Positions 1 to 7,140 of a DNA stretch of 21,438 bases are shown piece by piece (position 1 is the first letter of the stretch; the number at the start of each line of letters is the position of its first letter). A model generated the notes under the pieces. That model saw only the letters and a program-made list of their open reading frames with translations, had not been told where the DNA came from and made no database searches. Position numbers and translations under genes: made by a program. Source of the stretch: Candidatus Bathyarchaeia archaeon (GTDB taxonomy: Archaea > Thermoproteota > Bathyarchaeia > 40CM-2-53-6); NCBI GenBank assembly GCA_049517415.1, contig JBEKSC010000033.1, positions 1 through 21,438 on the forward strand, in the 5' to 3' direction.

Positions 1-2
1 CG

Positions 3-299
3 CCGACCTTAATTGGCCACACGTACCGTTGGTACGCTACTGCTTCGAAGTCCGATGAGACGGCTACTTCGCCCATTTGGGCGTTCAGTCGCAATACTTC
101 GACCACTCCACCAAGTACAACAACCACTAGCTCGACTGCAACAACCTCATCCGTCACCCACTCAACCTCAAGCAAGGAATCTTCCACAAGTACGGTGAGC
201 ACTTCAACATCCTCTGATAACACGATGCCGAACACTGCTTCAATTTCGATTACCACAACATCGTCTGCCCACTCTTCGACTACTGCAGGAAGTACGTGA
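3..299 (+). CDS. 3' end (5'-truncated by the window) of a probable secreted/cell-surface protein with a Ser/Thr-rich C-terminal tail
   Basis: Not in the ORF track because it has no start in the window. Frame 3 is open from base 3 to TGA 297-299 and reads PTLIGHTYRWYATASKSDETATSPIWAFSRNTSTTPPSTTTTSSTATTSSVTHSTSSKESSTSTVSTSTSSDNTMPNTASISITTTSSAHSSTTAGST*. The TYRWYATA...SPIWAF segment resembles the last strands of an Ig/Fn3-like module and is followed by a low-complexity S/T tract. Confidence 0.75.
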   Translation, partial: PTLIGHTYRWYATASKSDETATSPIWAFSRNTSTTPPSTTTTSSTATTSSVTHSTSSKESSTSTVSTSTSSDNTMPNTASISITTTSSAHSSTTAGST

Positions 300-336
300 A
301 TCATGAGAATGGAGGAAAAATGAAATTGATAGGCCT

Positions 337-345
337 AGGAGGTGA
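337..345 (+). promoter_or_regulatory. Shine-Dalgarno site AGGAGGTGA for the ORF starting at 353
   Basis: Near-perfect archaeal SD motif 7 nt upstream of ATG 353. Confidence 0.75.
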
Positions 346-352
346 GCGGTGA

Positions 353-583
353 ATGGGTGATATTCTCGATTTCCCCAAAGGCGATCGATTATGCATATGC
401 TGCGGACGCAAATTCACATTAGATAATGGAAGGAGCATCATGAACGATGATGTTCTCTACTGTGAGATATGCCGGAAAATCAAAAGCTTACCCACCAAGA
501 CCGCGCAGCCAACGGAAGCCCAAGCGGTAGATGAAGAAAAACCGACCCTTGGACAGCTAATAATGTGGGCGAAGCAACAATGA
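353..583 (+). CDS. small hypothetical protein with a CxxC...CxxC zinc-finger-like motif
   Basis: Strong SD, CICCG and YCEIC motifs, and a stop overlapping the next start (ATGA at 580-583). Confidence 0.7.
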   Translation: MGDILDFPKGDRLCICCGRKFTLDNGRSIMNDDVLYCEICRKIKSLPTKTAQPTEAQAVDEEKPTLGQLIMWAKQQ

Positions 584-972
584 CTTCACAAGATTCATTA
601 TGCGAGAAAGGAACAGACGCCAATTCTCACAGCGCTCCACTCTTCCTGCCTGGGATTCCACCAATCATCGTTGACTTCGTGCTCAGAAAGGATGAATGGC
701 AATACAGAGTCATGCAGACCATGAAGAAAACCAAGGACTCAAACATAACCGCCGTTCTGCTGGTGAGAAGCGACTTATCCCGCAAAGTTAAGTGGCTGGT
801 GAAACCTGGCAAAGTGAAGGTAGTTCCATTCGACGATGAGACCGACATCCCCGAACTCGGGACAAATGCGATCATGGAACTGAAATTACCGCCCTTGCTT
901 TCTGAGAGAATGCAATTGTCAGCAAGAGCAAACGAGGGACGCGGCGCCGCTCACAGAGAAAGGCTTGAATGA
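580..972 (+). CDS. hypothetical protein (about 130 aa)
   Basis: ATG 580 overlaps the upstream TGA, and its own TGA overlaps ATG 969 of the glycosyltransferase, so it is coupled at both ends. I prefer start 580 to the track's 565. No family recognised. Confidence 0.65.
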   Translation: MTSQDSLCEKGTDANSHSAPLFLPGIPPIIVDFVLRKDEWQYRVMQTMKKTKDSNITAVLLVRSDLSRKVKWLVKPGKVKVVPFDDETDIPELGTNAIMELKLPPLLSERMQLSARANEGRGAAHRERLE

Positions 973-3047
973 ACTTGCAAATCGCCCCGACCCACGTCCG
1001 GACAGTCAGTAAGCGCTGGCTAGTTGAGAAGCTGAGGAGCTACTGCAACGAAGATCTGAGTTTTCTAGATAACCCCAAAGTGAATGAACAGAACCTCATA
1101 TTTGCTCTGCAGGCACGCAAAATCAACGTGAACGAAGACTTCTTTGCCGAACTTGCAAGCGAGCTGGGTGTTCCATTCATTAAGGACCATGACCTGGAAG
1201 AAAATTCTGAGCTGACGGCAACTCTCCCGTACGAAGTGTTGGTCGAGAATCTGGCTTTGCCCTTGCGCCTGTCAGAGGGGACAATGACGATCGCTACCGC
1301 GAATCCTCTAAACGAAGGATTCCTCACGATGCTGGAGGAACTCCTTCATGCGAAAGTGGAAGTGTGCGTCAGTTCGATTGCTGGGATTGAGCATGCTGCC
1401 GGGAAAGGATACCGCGAAATCCACAAGCATAGGGCGTTACGTGACCTTCGATATCGTAATCCAGACGAATCTGCATATCGTGTCCTTTATCCTTGGCAGA
1501 AAGGGCTGATCATCGGACTTGCACTCTTCCTTGGCGTGCTCTTTGCGGTGAATTATCCGCTCTCATTTATCGTGCTATTCGCTGCCATAAACCTGCTCTA
1601 CTTCGGTATCAGTCCAATCAAGTTTTACATCTCGTTTAGAGGATTCAGAGGGTCCAGAAGATCGGTACGGGTATCCGAGGAAGACCTGAAAGAACTGAAT
1701 GAGGATGAGCTTCCGGTCTACACGATCTTGATTCCGATCTACCATGAAGCGAAGGTTCTATCACACATAATTGAGAACGTGTACAAGATCGATTACCCAC
1801 ACGAAAAATTAGACGTCAAGATTCTGATGGAAGAGGAGGACACGGAGACAATCAACGAAGCGGAGAGGATTGGGCTCTTCGGCAAGCCAAAAACCGTGAT
1901 TCCGTCCATCATCTCAGCCAAGTGGAGGACTAAAGCGATCGGCATGAATAGACTGGAATCCTCGATGAGAGTGACAGATGGAGATGCAAACACAGTAGCG
2001 GCGCTCGAGAACTTCGTTGATCCGGCCGGCAATGTTGTGCAATCGAAGGACAACCTCGACGGACTCACGGCGCAGTATTTAGACTCACTAAAAATCTTCG
2101 ACGCAGTCGTCGTGCCTGACGCCGAGATCAAAACGAAGCCGAGGGCCTGTAACTATGGATTACTAAGAGCGAAGGGGGAGTACTGTGTCGTATTTGATGC
2201 TGAGGACGACCCTGAACCTGATCAGTTGAAGAAAGCCGCCATAGCGTTCTCCCGCGCCGGAGAGGATGTTGTCTGCCTTCAGTCCCGCTTGAACTTCTAC
2301 AATCCGAAAGAGAATCTGCTAACCAGATGGTTCTCCTTGGAATACTCGTTCTGGTATGACTACTACTTGGACGGGCTGGATCATGTGGGCGCACCCCTCC
2401 CCCTAGGCGGCACCAGCAACCACTTCAGAACTAGGAAATTACGCGAGATTGGGGGCTGGGACCCATACAATGTCACTGAGGACGCCGATCTGGGCCTCAG
2501 GATTTCCAGAAAGAAATTGAAGACAGCTATGCTCAACTCGTACACCTTCGAGGAGGCGAACAGCAATCTTGGGAGCTGGATCCGGCAAAGGTCGAGATGG
2601 AACAAAGGACATGTGCAGACCTACTTGGTTCACATGAGGCACCCACGAACACTGTTGCGGGAGATGGGGTGGAAACAGTTCTTCTACTTCCAGCTGACCT
2701 TCGGCGGAAACATATTCCTCCCACTGGTTAACCCGTTATTGTGGGCAGTTACACTACTGGCGCTGTTGAGTCCTGGCATGTTCAACTTCCTATTCTTCTA
2801 TCCATTAGTGTACGTCTGCATTTTCAATTTGATCATTGGGAATGGCGTCTTCATGCTCTTACACATGGGACCCTACGTCATGAAGAAGAACTACACATCT
2901 ATCCCCTTGGCTTTCATCATTCCACTCTACTGGATTCTGATAAGTATCGGGGACTGGAGAGGCGTAGTACAGCTAGTGACAAAACCATTCTACTGGGAGA
3001 AAACTGAACACGGCCTATCTCACCTGTACGGCAAGATGCAAGCATGA
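969..3047 (+). CDS. membrane-integral GT2 (cellulose-synthase-like, processive-type) glycosyltransferase with N-terminal T2SSE_N/MshEN-like domain
   Basis: GT2 motifs YTILIPIYHE, KPRACNYGL, FDAED (DxD-type), TEDADLG and QRSRW (QxxRW). TM helices flank the catalytic domain and the C-terminus has WEKTEHG. The N-terminal LASELGVPFI...ENLALPL...IATANPLN...LEELLHAKVEVCVSS matches the GspE/PilB N-terminal domain pattern. Confidence 0.9.
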   Translation: MNLQIAPTHVRTVSKRWLVEKLRSYCNEDLSFLDNPKVNEQNLIFALQARKINVNEDFFAELASELGVPFIKDHDLEENSELTATLPYEVLVENLALPLRLSEGTMTIATANPLNEGFLTMLEELLHAKVEVCVSSIAGIEHAAGKGYREIHKHRALRDLRYRNPDESAYRVLYPWQKGLIIGLALFLGVLFAVNYPLSFIVLFAAINLLYFGISPIKFYISFRGFRGSRRSVRVSEEDLKELNEDELPVYTILIPIYHEAKVLSHIIENVYKIDYPHEKLDVKILMEEEDTETINEAERIGLFGKPKTVIPSIISAKWRTKAIGMNRLESSMRVTDGDANTVAALENFVDPAGNVVQSKDNLDGLTAQYLDSLKIFDAVVVPDAEIKTKPRACNYGLLRAKGEYCVVFDAEDDPEPDQLKKAAIAFSRAGEDVVCLQSRLNFYNPKENLLTRWFSLEYSFWYDYYLDGLDHVGAPLPLGGTSNHFRTRKLREIGGWDPYNVTEDADLGLRISRKKLKTAMLNSYTFEEANSNLGSWIRQRSRWNKGHVQTYLVHMRHPRTLLREMGWKQFFYFQLTFGGNIFLPLVNPLLWAVTLLALLSPGMFNFLFFYPLVYVCIFNLIIGNGVFMLLHMGPYVMKKNYTSIPLAFIIPLYWILISIGDWRGVVQLVTKPFYWEKTEHGLSHLYGKMQA

Positions 3048-3054
3048 AGGTACA

Positions 3055-6000
3055 ATGTCAGGTCATGAAGCTATCATGAAAACAGATGTTGCACCGCGGG
3101 AGAGCGAGCAACGTTTTCGGCGAATTGCCGAGAAGCCTCACCCTGATGACATGACACAGGAGAGTGGGCCCGTCCTCACCACACTCGACATTACCGAAAG
3201 CAAGCAGTCAAATGAAATAACCTCCAATCTGGCTGCAATTGTCGAATCGTCGGATGACGCCATCGTCGGCAAGACATTAGACGGCGTCATAACAAGCTGG
3301 AACCGGGGAGCCGAGAAATTATACGGTTACTCTGCCGAGGAAACAAAGGGTAGACCCATCTCCATTCTCGTCCCACCCAATCGTGCGGACGAGTTGGCGC
3401 AAATACTTGACAGAATTAAGAGAGGAGAGCGCGTCCAACATTACGAGACCATACGCGTGCGAAAAGACGGCAAAATCGTAGAAGTTTCTTTGACAGTCTC
3501 CCCAATCCAAGATCCCACCGGTGCAATCATTGGTGCTTCAACGATCGCTCGAGATATAACCGAACGCAAGCATGTCGAGGATGAGCTGAGAAGAAGTCAC
3601 ATGCTCTTGCTAGAGACCGGGAGGATGGCTAAGGTGGGTGGTTGGGAGTTTGATGTGGATACTTTGAAGCAGAGATGGACTGATGAGGTTTTTCGCATCC
3701 ACGAAGTCAACTTGGACTATGAACCGACTGTGGAGAAAAGCATTGACTTCTACGCTCCGGAAGATAGGGCGGTGATTCGAGAGGCTGTGCAGAAGGCCAT
3801 AGCGACCGGGGAGCCATACGACCTAGAACTACGATTCAATACAGCCAAAGGAAATCATCGTTGGGTTCACGCAATCGGCAAGGGATACCGTGAGAACGGT
3901 AGAATTGTGAAAGTAGGTGGCACCTTTCAGGACATCACTGAACGCAAGCAGGTGGAAGAGGCACTACAGCTGTCTGAGGCAAAGTATAGAGCTCTCGTTG
4001 AAAACACAGCTGATCTCATTTTCATGGTTGGCGAGAAGGAAGAGATTATGTCCATAAACCCGGCCGCCACAAGAATGCTTGGAAAAACAGTTGAACAGGT
4101 CCTGGGCAAGTCTCTCTTTGACGTTTACCCGAAAGAAATTGCGACAATGTTCTCGGAGAACGTGAGAGCGGTGCTACGGACAGGAAAGAACCGGAACATT
4201 GATGAAAAGATCACGTTTGCAGGAAACGAGCTCTGGATCAACACCAGACTTGAACCTCTGCTAGACGATAGAGGCAAAGTATATGCTGTCACCGGTGTAG
4301 CCAGAGACATTACTCAACGTAAGCAGATGGAAGAGGCGGTGCGGAACTCCGAGAGGAAATATCGGACGCTCTTTGAGAAAATACCTCAAGGAATCTACCA
4401 AACAAGCCTCGAAGGCAAACTCGTGACAGCCAACCCTGCAATAGTACGGCTTTTGGGCTACGACTCTGAGAAGGAACTTCTAGCCCTCAATGTTGAACGC
4501 GATCTCTACGTGAACTCTGAAGATAGAAAGACGTGGATGGAAAGGATCCGAACGCGAGGAGAAATACGTAACGCGGAGCTGGTTCTCAAGTGCAAAGATG
4601 GTGAAGAACTAACGGTACTGGATAACGCTCACGTCGTGCGCGACGAGCGAGGCGCCATCCAATACTACGAAGGTACACTCACAGATCTGACCGAACGCAA
4701 GCGTATGGAGGAGGAGCTTTCAAGGTCTAGTCAATTCTTGGGAAGCGTCATAGAGAATGCGTACGTTTGGCTTGACGTGCTCGATAACGAACAGAACGTC
4801 CTAGTCTGGAACAAAGCTGCGGAAACTATGAGCGGCTATTCCCGAGAAGAAGTCCTGGGACACGACAAAGTATGGGAGTGGCTCTACCCCGATCGGGAAT
4901 ACCGAAAGAAAATCACGGAAACCGTCACGGACGTACTGCAAAGCGGCAGGACCGACGTTGATACTGAGACAAGGATCAAGCGAAAAGACGGACAGACTAA
5001 GACCATATCCTGGAACGAACGCGCCCTGACTGACCAGGATGGCAAAGCGATCGGGACCATCGCAATCGGACACGACATCACTGAACGCAAGCAGGTGGAA
5101 CGATTGAAGGACGAATTTGTTTCGGTGGTAAGTCACGAATTGCGTACGCCGCTGACGTCCATTCGGGCTTCACTAGGCCTATTGACCAGCGGTGTATTTG
5201 GCACGTTGCCTGAAAAAGGTGAACGCATACTCGATATCGCCGTCACTAACACCGATAGATTGGTACGGCTCATAAACGATATTCTCGACAGTGAAAGATT
5301 GGCCTCTGGCAAGACCCCGATGGAGAAGAAACAATGCAGTACTGCACAGCTAGTTAGGCAGGCTTCGGATGTTATGAAGCCAATGGCTGAGAAGGCAGGG
5401 ATCTCCTTGTCTGTTGAGAGCCAGGATGCTGAGCTGTGGGTTGATCCAGATCGAATCGTTCAGGCGCTCACGAATCTCATAAGCAACGCCATCAAGTTCT
5501 CACCGAAGGGCGGCACGATATGGGTGACCGCTGAACGTAAAGAGAACCAAATGCTTTTCAAAGTCCAAGACGAAGGACGGGGGATCCCCCCTGACAAACT
5601 CGGATTGCTCTTTGCACGTTTCCAGCAACTCGATAGCTCAGACGCAAGAGAGAAAGGCGGTTCAGGACTAGGCCTCTCAATTTCGCGAAGCATCATCGAA
5701 CAGCACAATGGCAAGATTTGGGTTGATAGCAGCGTCGGGAAAGGAAGCACGTTCCTTATCACAATTCCACTACCTCTAGAAGAAGCCCCGCTTCAGCATG
5801 AAGCAACCGCCGGAGCACCAAGCACACGTAAGGTCTTGATCATAGAAGACGATTCTGACCTAGCCAACATACTAGCAGCGATGCTGGAACGACACGACAT
5901 TCAGCCTCACATTGCACTAACAGGGGGAAGGGGCATAGCGCTCAGCAAACAGGTTCAACCCGACCTGATAGTATTGGACTTGATTCTCCCGGATATGGAT

Positions 6001-6225
6001 GGCTCAATGGTGGTTGAAGGTCTACGCAAAGACAACATTCTCCGCTCGGTCCCTTTGGTCGTCTATACTGTGAAAGAACTCGACAAGCGGCAGCGGGAGA
6101 ACCTGAGGCTGGGCGAAACTCTCTTCTTCACGAAGAGCCGTATTCCACCAGAACAATTCGAAGAGAAGGTCGTCCAATTCATGAAGCATGTTTTCGAAAA
6201 CAGGGGTGAGATCAGTGTCAGCTAA
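3055..6225 (+). CDS. cytoplasmic hybrid sensor histidine kinase: 5x PAS/PAC + HisKA + HATPase_c + C-terminal receiver
   Basis: Five PAS modules each end in D(I/L)T(E/Q)RK. H-box VSHELRTPL (His codon 5134-5136), N-box NLISNAIKFS, G1 DEGRGIP, G2 GSGLGLSI. Receiver VLIIEDD...LIVLDLILPDMDG...YT...TK. No TM segment. Start could be ATG 3055 or 3076. Confidence 0.95.
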   Translation: MSGHEAIMKTDVAPRESEQRFRRIAEKPHPDDMTQESGPVLTTLDITESKQSNEITSNLAAIVESSDDAIVGKTLDGVITSWNRGAEKLYGYSAEETKGRPISILVPPNRADELAQILDRIKRGERVQHYETIRVRKDGKIVEVSLTVSPIQDPTGAIIGASTIARDITERKHVEDELRRSHMLLLETGRMAKVGGWEFDVDTLKQRWTDEVFRIHEVNLDYEPTVEKSIDFYAPEDRAVIREAVQKAIATGEPYDLELRFNTAKGNHRWVHAIGKGYRENGRIVKVGGTFQDITERKQVEEALQLSEAKYRALVENTADLIFMVGEKEEIMSINPAATRMLGKTVEQVLGKSLFDVYPKEIATMFSENVRAVLRTGKNRNIDEKITFAGNELWINTRLEPLLDDRGKVYAVTGVARDITQRKQMEEAVRNSERKYRTLFEKIPQGIYQTSLEGKLVTANPAIVRLLGYDSEKELLALNVERDLYVNSEDRKTWMERIRTRGEIRNAELVLKCKDGEELTVLDNAHVVRDERGAIQYYEGTLTDLTERKRMEEELSRSSQFLGSVIENAYVWLDVLDNEQNVLVWNKAAETMSGYSREEVLGHDKVWEWLYPDREYRKKITETVTDVLQSGRTDVDTETRIKRKDGQTKTISWNERALTDQDGKAIGTIAIGHDITERKQVERLKDEFVSVVSHELRTPLTSIRASLGLLTSGVFGTLPEKGERILDIAVTNTDRLVRLINDILDSERLASGKTPMEKKQCSTAQLVRQASDVMKPMAEKAGISLSVESQDAELWVDPDRIVQALTNLISNAIKFSPKGGTIWVTAERKENQMLFKVQDEGRGIPPDKLGLLFARFQQLDSSDAREKGGSGLGLSISRSIIEQHNGKIWVDSSVGKGSTFLITIPLPLEEAPLQHEATAGAPSTRKVLIIEDDSDLANILAAMLERHDIQPHIALTGGRGIALSKQVQPDLIVLDLILPDMDGSMVVEGLRKDNILRSVPLVVYTVKELDKRQRENLRLGETLFFTKSRIPPEQFEEKVVQFMKHVFENRGEISVS
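3931..5100 (+). repeat. exact 27-bp direct repeat GACATCACTGAACGCAAGCAGGTGGAA at 3931-3957 and 5074-5100
   Basis: Read directly from the sequence. Both copies encode DITERKQVE at the ends of PAS2 and PAS5 and lie 1143 bp (381 codons) apart. Confidence 0.9.
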
Positions 6226-6583
6226 GAGAATCCTGATAATCGATGATGAATCGGACATTCGAGAAGTTGCGCAGATGAGTCTCGAGATGGTTTCGGGCTG
6301 GCAGGTTCTCACTGCCGAATCCGGTGACGACGGCATTGTAAAGGCTAGGCAAGAGAGACCTGACGCAATTCTTCTGGATGCAATGATGCCGGGAATGGAC
6401 GGAGCGGCAACATTCCAGAAACTGCAGACCGACCCATCGACCAAGCAAATCCCCGTGATTATGTTCACAGCGAAGGTGCAGGCGGCCGACAGAAAGAGAT
6501 ATGCAGACTTAGGTGTGAGGGGCGTCATTGCAAAGCCATTCGATCCCCTGACGCTGGGAAGCCAAATCGCAGCAATTCTGTGA
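6215..6583 (+). CDS. single-domain (CheY-like) response regulator receiver
   Basis: RILIIDDE, AILLDAMMPGMDG, FTAK and AKPFDP motifs. GTG 6215 has SD-like GGGGTGA (6203-6209) upstream and overlaps the kinase 3' end, so it is preferred to ATG 6188. Confidence 0.93.
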   Translation: MSAKRILIIDDESDIREVAQMSLEMVSGWQVLTAESGDDGIVKARQERPDAILLDAMMPGMDGAATFQKLQTDPSTKQIPVIMFTAKVQAADRKRYADLGVRGVIAKPFDPLTLGSQIAAIL

Positions 6584-6608
6584 CAAAAGGCTTGTTGACG
6601 AAAGCGTG

Positions 6609-6986
6609 TCAGTGGGTCTCTGAACCATCATCGTGAGCAGTAGGTCCGCGAGTCAGCTGAGAACGCAGGGCAGTAACCAGTTCGGAAAGACGCAGGAGCT
6701 GCCCGGGAGCAAAAGTGCTTCCAGGCTGAAGAAGTGCCTCTATCTCACTTGCTATCCTTGAGCCTTCTGGAAGGCCGATAGTGCCCAGAACACCCGCGAG
6801 CTTATGCGCTGCTGATTCTGCCTTGCCTCGGACCTCATCATCTAAGGCGGTTGATGTGGCAGCTGTACGTGCCTCTTCGATTACGCTCAGGCGTTCCATG
6901 CAGAGCTGCTTGTATCGTTCCCAGAACTTCAAGATCCTTTGCGTTAGTTCATTTTTCCTGTCTTCTGACGGAGTGGAACTTTCCAT
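6609..6986 (-). CDS. stand-alone Hpt (histidine phosphotransfer) protein
   Basis: All-helical pattern with AESAAHKLAGVLGTIGLPEGSRIASEIE, the Hpt signature (AHxLxGxxGxxG) carrying the phospho-accepting His. Start is ATG 6986 or ATG 7028. Confidence 0.85.
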   Translation of the reverse strand: MESSTPSEDRKNELTQRILKFWERYKQLCMERLSVIEEARTAATSTALDDEVRGKAESAAHKLAGVLGTIGLPEGSRIASEIEALLQPGSTFAPGQLLRLSELVTALRSQLTRGPTAHDDGSETH

Positions 6987-7140
6987 CTGCGGGTTCCAAC
7001 CGAGTAATTGCTGGTCGTCTCGTATCATCTATGCTTTGTGTCGAGAATCTGGTTTGTGCGTGCCCCGAACAGAAACTGCGAGGAGTTCGAGTGAGGGGTT
7101 TCTGAAAAGCTCGTCTGCTTAATCACCTGATTCACAGCCG

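Noticed and set aside
13..198. 61-aa ORF from the track
   Set aside because: Alternative frame over the S/T-rich gene end in frame 3. TTG start, no SD and no recognisable features.
1878..2096. GT2 insertion as a mini-intein or intron
   Set aside because: No N-terminal Cys/Ser with C-terminal His-Asn, too short, and the frame is uninterrupted.
6022..6528. 168-aa minus-strand ORF
   Set aside because: Antisense shadow of the kinase receiver and the CheY-like gene, both of which have clear motifs.
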